Source: Malacoraja senta
Lineage: Eukaryota
Assembly (NCBI GenBank): GCA_038087875.1
Contig: CM075986.1
Span: 7,874,001 to 7,938,000 of the forward strand
Length of the DNA stretch: 64,000 bases
Reading direction: 5' to 3'
Part shown: positions 27,601 through 39,600 of the stretch, one piece after another
Position numbering within the stretch: position 1 is the stretch's first letter
Layout of the letters: each line of letters starts with the position of its first letter
Notes under the pieces: model-generated
Database searches by the model: none
Seen by the model: only the letters and a program-made list of their open reading frames with translations
Told to the model about the DNA's origin: nothing
Position numbers and translations under genes: made by a program

Positions 27601-30600
27601 ATCACGAATATTGGTCTTTTCTCAGTGGGTGTTTTGAACAGCTTGCATTCATAAAGACTTTTAACAAAATTTTTAAAAATATCTTGAAGCTCTACAAGTG
27701 TAGAGTCCAGCTTGTGATATTCTGATATGGGGCAAGTGGCCTTGGATAGCTTTTGTTAGAGAGATCTTAATAGCAGAAGACAAGTCAGGCTTTTAAACCT
27801 TTTTTATTCATTGGCTGTATGAGGCTGTAGGTGACGAGGCCTGCCTTTGTTGTCCATCATTGCATGAAACTAAGGGACTTGCTGGGCCACAGCAGAGCAT
27901 GGTTAAGAATCACCAAGTTGGTGTGGAATTGGACTGGATAAGGGGAACATGATTCCCTCTCAAAAGAACATCTTTGACCAGTTGGGCTTTTATAACAATG
28001 CTGACCGTTTCAAGTTGGCTTTACAGATCTTATTTTAATATTCTCAAGCTACACGATGAACATTAGAAGTTCTCGGGAACTCGAGGCCACACCTCTGGAA
28101 CACTAGTGACATGACCACCACATTGGAGATACAAGGAACTGCAGATGCTGGAATCTTGAGCAAAACACAAAATGCTGGAGGAACTGAGTCAGTTGGAAGA
28201 AGGTTCCCAACTTGAAACATTGCCTGTCCAATGCCTCCATTGATCCTGCCTGACCCACTGATTTACTCCAGCACTTTGTCTTTTGATCACTGCAATATTG
28301 TATTCCCATTTTCAGTTTATCACAGAATGTTTACAGTGCAGATGAAGGCCATTTCACCTGTTCAGTCCATGCCAGATCAAACTAAGAACAATTAAATTGC
28401 TCACTTCCTCAGTTCCTACACATTCCTCCCTTTCAGATACTAACCCGGCCTCTTTTTGAATGCTCCTATTAAGTATGTTTTCCCTAATCCTCCTGCTGTG
28501 CATTCCAATTCTTAACAATCATTCATTTTGTAAGAAGAACAACCCTTGCCTGTTTGAATATAATGCACCCCCCCCCCCATCCCTGCATATACATGTGCCT
28601 GTCCACAATTTTCTTAAACGCCACTATTATATCTGTCTCCACCACCACTCCCAGCAGCTGCTCCAGAAATATACCACCTCTGTGTAGAAGAACTTTGCTC
28701 TGCACATCTCCTTTAAAATGTACCCATATCACCTTAAAATTATGCCCTCAAGTATTTGATATTCCATCCTGGGGAAAAGGTTCTGACTGTCTACCCTGTC
28801 TATTCCCCTCATAATTTTATATAATTCTATCAAGTCTCCCAGTAACCTCTGGCGTTCCAGAGAAAACAATCCAAGTCTATCCAGCCTTTACCTGTAGCTA
28901 ATTCAGACCTCATTCTGGTAATAGTTTCTCTTCATCTCCTCTGTAACCTTCATCTCAATCACATCTCCATATCTATGGAGAACAACCCAAGCTTCTCCAG
29001 TTTATCTGTGTAACTAACATCTTTCATCATTTTGGTTACATTTCTCAAATCTTTTGCATTTTATCTAATGGGCAGCTCCCAAAATTGGACACGCAACTAT
29101 TTGCAGCCAAACCAATCTTTTATGGGAGGTTTTTCATGACTTCCTTGCTGTTGTACTCCAATTACTGTTGTACTCTAATACTATTAATAAACCCTGGGAT
29201 CCTCTAAGCTACTTTTAACCCTAACCTGTCCTGACAATTTCAAAGAACAATATATTCTTTATATCGCTCTATTCTTGTAGCCTTTAGAATTGCTTGTTCT
29301 GTTTAAGTCTAAATATGTCATTTTAAAATGAAGCATTACAAATATTTGTTGGCAAATGTAGAGATAGATCAAAATTGCTCAGTGTGGTGTTACAGCCATG
29401 GTGAGGGGCAAACGTATAGCTAACACTTGATTTGGGAACTTGGGAAAAGCAGCAGGGATTTCAAACAGGAGTATCCCTCCACCCAATTCACAACGTATTT
29501 GCAGATTTTCCAACCCCATGCCAGGTGGCATGTAGACAAACCTAAATGGGAATGTAGTTATTTTTAATAAATTATTTACAGACAGGTGATAGGGGCAGTG
29601 AAGTGAAGGAGTCTTCGTTTTTTTGCAGTTTTTTTTTTTCCAATTTCCTCTCTGTGCTGGATGTTTCCTTAAAATCTTTCTACTGTTTCTTGTTCCTAAA
29701 GCGGACCTCGTGGAGAAATAAAACTGGGTATGATCTAGCTCCTCTGTTGTATGCTCTGTTAAAACCAATCATTTGTTCATCATGAAGAGAGAGAGGATGA
29801 GACTTGGGTCTGTGCAATATCTATAATATTGGTTGTATGCCCAGAAGTGCAAAAAGGCACAAATTAATAAAGAGCATGAACTGGCAGCTTCCTAATCCTT
29901 ATTTTAAACAAACACAAAATTGCATTTGTATTTTTTCACCAGAATTGACCCTTGAATGGCTGGTTCTACCAAGTTAATGTCTACTAAAGTATTGTTTTTT
30001 GTTGTATATTAACTTGAGTTTGAATACACTGCCACTCTCAGTAATTTATCAGAATATTCTACGCATTGGCCTGTTTAGGATTTGCCTTGACTGGCAATGT
30101 TTCCCTGAGTCTAATAAGCTGTATTAACATTATACAGCCTCTGCATACACGCAAGTGAACTAACAGATGATTCTCAGGGATCCAGAAATAAACAGTTAAT
30201 AGAAAAATGAAACTTGGCATATCCATGTAATACATAGTACCTTTTATACATTTTAATATATTTTACATACATTCGTAAAATTTAATTTGTAGTTTTAACA
30301 GACACAAAATTAAATATTGAAACTCCCAGCCTCGTTTCCACTTTCAACCTCCTCCTGCCCAACTCACCATGTTGTGATTTTAAAACTTTAAATATCCTAT
30401 CTTGGTTTTGCCATTCAATAGTATTTTGGCCAGTTCAATAATTGGAACAATCCTCTAGTTGCTCTGAGAGTTTGTAAACTGCTGGCGATGTACTAGCTTC
30501 TATTTCAAGACTCACATCACATCCACTCTTTCTTATGATTGCAGCTCGTTACCATCTCATGCAGAGTGTAAGCTATAGTATCATAGTTAGAGGATTACTT

Positions 30601-33600
30601 ATTATTCAGGTCCTGAAAAAGTGCTCTTTCCTACACCTTGGATCAAATCAGCCAAAGAGGGTTTATTACATTTAGTGCAGCTAACTGTAGGGAGAATCTT
30701 GTATATCACAAGGTTTACACCTGAGGGAACCCGTTGTTTCTGAACTGTAGCTCAGGCTGATGTGATTTTTCACTCCAGGAGAACTAACAGGCCTCATAAA
30801 TAACTTCAATTTGGTCCATGGAATCAGTGGCAGTAAAGACAAGTGAGATTCTGCCCTATATGAGGATATTTGATAGATTGCCTTTGATCCTTCAGTTCTG
30901 TAGAAAACTATTGTAGTTCTTTCCATGTCCAAGATTGGATCTCACTTTTTCTCCTTCGTATTTTATTCTTCACAACGAATCAAGTTTTGTGGAACATTGT
31001 TAAGAACCAAATTTAAGATCACTTTTTCAATAGGGAATTTCTGACAAAAGTAATCTGTCTGCCCAGTAGTAAATTTACGCAGTGTTTGGTAAAGGCGCTA
31101 AGTGGGCAATTCATTCATTAATATATCAAGGACAAGTTGCAAACTTGGAGAGCTTGTAGGTTCCAAATAGCAGCTGGAGATGTCAATATGAAAGCAATTG
31201 GCAATTGCTGTGTCAGCACATTAATTTGCAACTTATTATTCTGTATACTTGACTTAAAGTGGTAGACTTTAACTGTCATCTCAAGTGGAAATATCGCAAT
31301 GTTAGGTCAGTTGTTTGCTGTATATCTTGCCATGTTTACTTCTTCCATAGGAGAGGATGGACACGATGCACAATAGCAGCCAATCCAGTTAAATGATCAC
31401 AGTTTAGCATTTTCATTGCAAAATACACCTGACATTGTTTTTCCAATTCTACCTTAACTTACTTATTTGAGTATCAGGCATAGTGCCAGGGCATTGACCT
31501 TCTTGTAACCTTGTTCTTGTCCAAGATAGCTAATGTGATGTCAATGAAAGACGTTAGAGCAGACTATTTCACTCTGCAGAGATAGGAGGATTAAAGGTGT
31601 AACTCATTGTTTGATTACTTGGACCAAACCGTTTAAAGAGGCATGTGCAGAGTTTTAATATATGCAGAATTTCAGCAATTTTTAAGAATATAGTTTGCAC
31701 TCTGCCTTAATTCCATCATTTCTTCATGTTTCATAGTCCACTCCAATTCTGTTTTCTTGCCTGCTGTGTTAAGTCCTAATATTAACAATTTTAATTGAGA
31801 GCAGCTTTGCTTTATGTGGACAGCACTTAATTGTCTGAACTTAAATCCTGTAACAAAACGGTATTCACATTGTGATCAATGAGCACAAAGCAATGCAAGG
31901 AAATATATTCTTTTACTCAAACTAAATCTTTGAACATTGTGACTCTATCTAATATTTTATGATACAGTGGTTGGTTGCTAATTCTGGTTAGTCTATTAAG
32001 AAAATATATCAGGAAACTATTTAGCTCCTAACAAATAAGGGATAACCTGCAGATGAATTGTCCTGGTTTCTCTGGCCGTCACCCTGGGGTTTGTACACAA
32101 TAGAATTCAATGGATTGCTGGTAAGGGCAGGTTACAGAGAGAAGGCAGGAGAATGGGGTTGAAAGGGAAAAATAGATTAGCCATGATCGAATGGCAAAGC
32201 AGACTCGATAGGCCGAATGGACTAATTCTGCTCCAATGTCTTATGATACTTGCACATGCTGCTGCAAAATAACCTCAAAGCTTTGTTTCTGTCCATGGGA
32301 AATGCATCACTTTCTGTTCACTTTTACTTTGCATACTTAAGGTTGCATTGCCTAGAATCGACCAAAAATGGCAAATAAGCCTGATCCCATGGATGTCCAC
32401 ACAACCATTCCCCATGTTCCCATGAGTATAGCAATGATCTTTTGAGTCAGTAAAATTTCTGTTAACCTTAGAGATATTTCCTCCATTTATGGGGCTTTTT
32501 CAAGCTCCACTCTTCACTAATAAACTACTCAATTAGACTTAGTTTTCATATTCCTTTAACTGAACAACAATGTCAACTTATGCTATAAATTGTTCCATAA
32601 ATAGTCATTTAGTATTGAATTTTCAATATACATTAACACTAAAAGCTGAGAGTCCAGATTAATTTGAAGTGAGATCATTTATCTCCCAGGACCAGAATTT
32701 GTGTGTATTCTCATTATCTACTAGCTGAGGAAATATTCTTTATTATGAATTTTATTCCATGTAAATCGAGTGTTGGGGCAGTTCCAATGAAGTGCATGGG
32801 TATGGATGCACAAAGCTAGCAATGTTGAATCTACTTGATTTATCTACCTGAACGTGTAGCTTACGTTATTGAAGGGACTCACTGGATTATCAATATCCTG
32901 ACCTATAAATGATTCTTCCGATTCTTCTATCTTAAACGAGGTCGAGCAGATATTGTGTTTTGTACAGAGCCGAGAGGATCAGTAACACTGACACTTCTTG
33001 GGTGTCCATATATCAGTTGGTAGGTAGTTTAGGGAGAAGCAACAAAGAACATTTCTTAACAGTTGATGGCAATTGCTTAAACATAGTGTGATCAACGTGT
33101 GTGGCCCCCTGGGGCATCCCAAATCACTTGTAGCCAAATGATTTGGGATGCCTGAGGCTAGTAGTGTTCCACAGAGATCAGTGCTGGGATCCTTGCTGTT
33201 TGTAATATAATCAATGGTTTGGATGTGGATGTTGGTGGCATGATCAGTAAGTTTATAGGTGACATGAAGGTCAGTAGAGTTGACAGTGTGGAGAGTTATT
33301 ATAAGCTGCAGGATATTGTCAATGTTTTGGTGAAATGTGCCGAGAATCTTTAACTCGGATAAATGGTTGGTGTTGGATCTTGGGAATACCAATGGGGCTT
33401 TGATGTGCACCATGAATAATAGGGTCCTAGGGAATGTAGAGGAATAGAGGGACCTTGATGTACAAGTCCAAAGATTTTTTTAAGATAGCAACGCAGGTGA
33501 ATAACGTAGTTAAAGAGACATATGCGTGGCTCGCCTTCAAGAATTAGGACATTGACTACAAAATCAGGGAGGTTATGTTCCAACATTATAAAACATTGGT

Positions 33601-36600
33601 TAGACCTCAGCTGGAGTACCGCATGTAGTTATGGTCACCGCACTATGCGAAAGACGAGATAGTAGAAACACAGAACTGCAGATGCTGGTTTACCAAGTAA
33701 GGACAGAAAATGCTGGAGTAATTCAGCAGGTCAGGAGCGGTCGTATGTGATAGTGCTGGAGAGGGTGCCGAGGAGATTCTCCAGGATGTTGCCTGGTACT
33801 GATCACCAGTTATGAGGGGAGACTGGAGCGTCTAGGTCTGTTGACCCTGCATCAAAGCAGATTTTGAGAGGGACATGATTAACAAATGTAAAATTATGAG
33901 TGGTATAGATGGGCTAGGCTTTAGGAAAGCATTCCCCACGTCAGAGTTAGATAAATCTAGAGAATACAGATTTAGGATAAGGGGTTAGAGAGGATCTGAG
34001 GGGAACGGTTTTCACCCAATGAGTGATGTGTACCTGGAACACACCACCTGAGAGAGTGGTGGAAGCAGAGCATTGAAAAGTGTCCAGATGAGTGTCCAGC
34101 TCTTGAATCACCTAGGCAGAGAAGGCTGTGGGTCAGGTGCTGGCAGATGGGGTTAATATGGATAATTATTTGGTCAGCGTGGATGGCCAAATGGACTGTT
34201 TTAGCAATTCGGAACCTTATGTACGTATTCACCTTGGTGACATGGTTTCTACTGCACAGAATGATGCTGGGAATATGGAATAATTACTGGAGTTCTTTCA
34301 ATTTACTTCACTGGAGTCAATTGATTTGATGTGCAATGTGGCAGCTGATTGCTTTGGGTTAGTAATAAAGAAACTTCACCTATCCTTGCTGCTGGGCTTG
34401 AAGAGGGCATCATGCAATACCATATTGTGTTAATGTTCTAACTCCTCATGAGCAAGGAGGAGAGTCGACGTTTTTAATGCTTCACTGGCAAGCTGCTGAT
34501 TTATGGTGAAGGCTAGAAGCCAATTTGAAGCCAAGTATTTCTCCATAGAAGGAGGCAGAGAGAAACGGGTAGATAAATCCAGTAAAACTGTCCCTCGCTA
34601 ACCTGAGTGGTATTAGCAGAGCTTGGTTTAAGCTGGTGTTATTCTGCATGGACTGGTGCTTGAAGGAAAACATAGCAGAAACAAAGTGGATCTTTAACCA
34701 ACAATTATTATTAATTCTGAAGAATCACTTAGACAGGCTTCACTTCAGCTAGAAGGCAAATGTTGCATTCATACCTGTCACCTTCAACGTAGAAAGATCC
34801 AGAAAACTCCTCTGCTGCCCAATCAACAAAGCAGGATCTGTATTAACAATTAATCATACTTAGTTTCTGATGAGCTTGGCTGAATGTTTGTGTTGGACCT
34901 AATAATGTGAGTGCCTGTTGAAGAAAATCACTTGCATATAATCAGAGATTTGCATTTTCAGGTTTTGCATGTTTGAGATGAAATATTTTGTAAAGAATTG
35001 ATGGAGGTTGTATCATTTGCTGCATCCAAATTACTTTGTTCAATGGGTTCAATATGCATGTATCATTTTTTTTTCTTTTCCACCAGCCTTGGTGATTTAA
35101 ATTACACATTTTCTTTGTTACAATAACTATGCAAAAAACAGATTCTCGTAGACATATGTCTGGTCAATTTATTTTATCTTGTTCTCCAGTTTTAGGCAGA
35201 AGCTCCTCAATTCTTTTAGAATTACTTATGAATGACAATAAATGCTGAAAATGCAAATAGGTACTTATAATTTTGTGATCTCCATGTTGCAGAGAGGGCT
35301 GCTTTATTTGTGTTATGTTGGCTGTCACGTCATGTGAATCCTAACCTTTACCATTAATCACGTTGCAATGGTAACTAATAAGCTGAGTTGCTCCTAATTG
35401 CTGCTTTTTTGTTGAACTTGCAGATTCAACCACTAGTGATTCAGCAAAGTCGAAGGTAAGGATTACAATATTTGGAGACTTCAGTAACTCAACTACCGTG
35501 TCAATATCCACATCCATTACATCTGAACATTGTTCTTTCTTTTCCTGTGCTCCAAACATGTCAACTGGGATGGTTTGCATTTTCTCTACAACATTCCAAC
35601 TGTACTGAGATAAAGTTGAATCTTGATGGTACCAACTAATTCATTTCTTAAAGAAACTCAACACTCAAAGCTCATTTCTAAATATCTTCACTTCTTCCCT
35701 TAATCTGCAGATTTCTAAAATGCAACTTCTCAAGAGATACTACCTGACCCCCTGAGCTACTCCAGCACTTTCTTTGGTATAAACCAGCATCTGTTGTTGC
35801 TTGATTCTACATTACTGTCATCTCACTTGACTGATTTCTGTGCCTCGTACCTATCATGCTGGTGTCCAGAATCTACCTTATTAAAAAAAACCAGTCTACA
35901 TTGATAACTGCATTAAATAAGTTATATTCAGAAAGAATCAATAATTATTAACATTTTCTTAGATTTATGATATTGTGACCCTATTTATTCCAAACGATTC
36001 ATGTTGGAAATGAGCAAACACAAAGTGCTATAGGAACTCAGCGGGTCAGGCAGATTCTAGGGAGGGAATGGATAGGTGATGTTTTGAGTCAGGACCTTCT
36101 TCAGACCGAGTGTCGTTGGCTGTGGGAGGGAAATTGCTGGATAAGAGGTGGGTGAGGGGCAACGCCTGGCAAGTGATAGGTGGATACAGATGAGGTGGAT
36201 TTAATTGGCGGATGGGTGGAGTCACAAAGGCTAGAGCGGAAAAGAAGATAAAAGGGTGTCAAATATGGAGAGGAGAGGAAGTGAGCCATAACTTGGGCAT
36301 CATCCACGGGGCCTGGCCTACCGTGACCTCGTAGTCGGCTGTGGGAGGAACCCCAGGGGAACAAAGGTGGATGGGTGAGGAGAGGGACGTGAAGTCCAAG
36401 GAAGGAGATGGCTGAAGGCCCGCAACAGCCTGGGACCTGCCTGGAACAGGCACCGCTCATAAGAACAAGAGCGTGGAGTTTGAAAATGGCCCCAAAACAT
36501 TGGGGCCTCTTGCATGCGGACTCAGTAGACTATTTCTCTACACTTGCTAAATGAGGACCGGGGGTATGGCTATACTCTACTGGACTGTTTGTGAGAAAAA

Positions 36601-39600
36601 TAATTTCATTGTGTTAGCACTCTGCACATGTGACAATGAAAGCAACATTGAACCAACTGGAATCCCATGTTCATGGTCTTATAGGACAAAATAACTGTTT
36701 ATACAAGTTACATTCTCAATTGTTTAATGACCTTTTTAATCCATTGAAATGTTTAAAATGCGTCCTTTGAATTTACACTACTATCCCTAGTCAGATACAG
36801 ATCCATCAGATAATCACAGATGAAATAAATCATTCATCTCAGCGTATCCATTTAAAAACCTTCCCAATATTGCATAATAAATGCTGAATTATTTCAGTAC
36901 AAAGATGTGAGGTTGGTAGAAATTTAGAACTTTATTTCACAAAAAGCTCTGTATACTTAGACAATAGGAGCTCTCACATCAGAGAGATGTTTTGGTGGAT
37001 AAGAATACTGAGGAACATGAAAGAAATGGATTCAGCTCAGATCAGTCATAATCCTACGGAATGATCAAGTAGCATAAAGGGACTAAATGGCCTATTCCTA
37101 TATATTTTTTAAATGATAGGTATCAAATATCAAATGGATGAGTAATTGATTTACATTCAAATTCAAAAACGACATCAGCATACCATTGCTGATGAGGCAT
37201 TTACATTTGTTGACGAATTAAGGCAAATTTGATGAATGAATTTTGAATTTAAAGTGCCAGTGCCACTTCAGTAACTGTTTTCCAAATCTGACCATGTACG
37301 TAGGTTGTGGCTAGAAAAAATATATCAGCTTCAAATCAGGTCAATGTCAAGTACATTTTGCATCCTGTTTTGTTGTGATTAATTGGAGTTGACTTGTTGT
37401 GGTTCTGCTACCCAACGGCTAAACTAATGGCGTTCATTTGAGGTCCATTAGAAGTGCTGACACAGGTTCAACTGTTTGTTCTGCCTCGGATGTGACTGGT
37501 GTGAATGGTGAAATTGTCCATACTCTGTAATCATGTCCTTGCTGGTCAGAAATTTAATTGTCATCTCAAACTACCACATGCTGCAATAATCAATTGTCAC
37601 AGTACAGCATGTAAAATGTGTAATGTAAAGAGAATTGGGAAGGAAGGAATGATCATTTAAAAAAAAAAAAAGCGCAACTCTGAATGGCCAAAAGGTGTCC
37701 CTGAGACTTGTTTCATTTTTCAATGAGATTATGGCTGATCTTACTCCACATATTGCTATGTCCCCATATTCCTTAATACCTTTGGTTAATTACAATTTAA
37801 CAATCATATTTAAAATTAATGATACATCCAGTTACCATTGATGTTTGTGGAAGAAAGTTCCAAATTTCTATCAGCCTTTGCATATTTTAAGCAGTTTCCA
37901 GTTTCATTCTTGAGAGCACTTTATTGATTTGCCATCAGTGCTGGATTCCTCAAACAGTGGAAATAATTTCCCTCTACTTATCCTTTCACTCTCCTTAATA
38001 TCAAACAAATCATACCTCAACTCCAGGCATCAAACTCCTGTATTGTCTATGTAATTTAAATCTGTCTTGGTAGCATCTTCGTATCAATGCTAACCTCCCA
38101 AGAGAAATTGTACATTAAAGAACACAATTACGTTTTTGATAAACTGCATAATCAGCTACATCCCAGTGATTTTTCTGAATATGGTTTTCCTCGTAACATA
38201 CAGTGAGATACGCTGGACTGCCGATATCTTTTTAAAGAATTCCCACAATCTCTTCCATTCAATAATCTGTTGAAAAAAACATTCTGTACACAAATGTTCT
38301 TTTGAAGCTGTTGAATAATTGGCTAAGAGGAAGGAGAACCCACTTTAAAAGCTTGTTTGCTGGAATACATCAGCGTAGTTTAGTTATTGGATTAAGCTTT
38401 TAAAACATCCACTCATCTATATACTTTTAAAACTCTGTGTGGGTGTGTTTGTGGGTGTCAGATTTGGCCTTTGATTCCTTGGTCCGTCAAAACCACACGC
38501 GAAAACTCCGAGATTTTTCCCATTTCGCTAGACATTACACTTTTACATACCCTAATACACTCCTTATTAGATTTAGACAATTTTATGTACACATTTTAAA
38601 ATAAAATCCCCCCCCCCACTCACTCATTTTGTCGCCTCCTGCTGGCCAGCCACCATAACGGCTGCTGCCGCCCGGCTCTGCTCCAAAAACGCTGACATTT
38701 TTATTCATTTGCTGTCGATATTCGCTGCTGCCGCCCGCCTCTCCTCCACTATCCCCCCCCCACCCCCGGGCCGGCTCTCTCACGCTGGCTCAAGCCAAAC
38801 ATCGGCTCTTCCACCGCTGCTTTTCGCCGTCCTCTGTCCGAAGACGCCGAAAAGCAGCGGCGGAACAACCGATCTTTGCCTTCAGCCAGCGTGACAGAGC
38901 AGGCGCGTCAACGACCTGTTGGCTCGCAGCCCCACTGAGGGCATACGCAGCGTCTCGACGGCCGTACGCAGCGTCTCCAACGTCGTACGCAGCGTCTTGA
39001 CGGCGTACGCCGCCTATGCCGTCAACACGCTGCGTACGACGTCCAGACGCTGCATCCGTCCGTCCAGACGCTGCCTACGCCGTCCAGACGCTGAAGCACG
39101 TTCGGGAACCAGACCCCGGGGTCTGAAGCACGTTCGGGGACCAGACCCAACGGGTCTGCACTTGGTCTAGTATATAATAAAGGTAAATTGAGTGCAGGTA
39201 TGATCACATAATTAGTGATGATTTTGTGTACAGTAGGATTGTTCATATCTTTGATTTTGTGGAAGTCCCACTATCTCAATGTGGCTATAGTCCTCTGGGA
39301 TTTGCGTGTTTGCTTTTTTTTTTCATTGGCATTTCATACAAGTGGAAGCAGATTTTCAGTATTAAACGACCATAACATTAAATGTAGAAAATTAAGAGTT
39401 GGTCAGTCATCAACTGAAATACAAGTTAACATTTTGGGGAAACCCTAAAGCAAAAAACAACTTATTCTGTTCAGATGTAGAATATCTACTTTAAATAAAT
39501 GCTTCTTTGATACAAACAAACAGAATTCCTCTTTTATTTCAGATGGTCAGCATATTCCTATTTTTGTTCTATGCTTTCTCTACGAATGTCTTTTGTTCAC

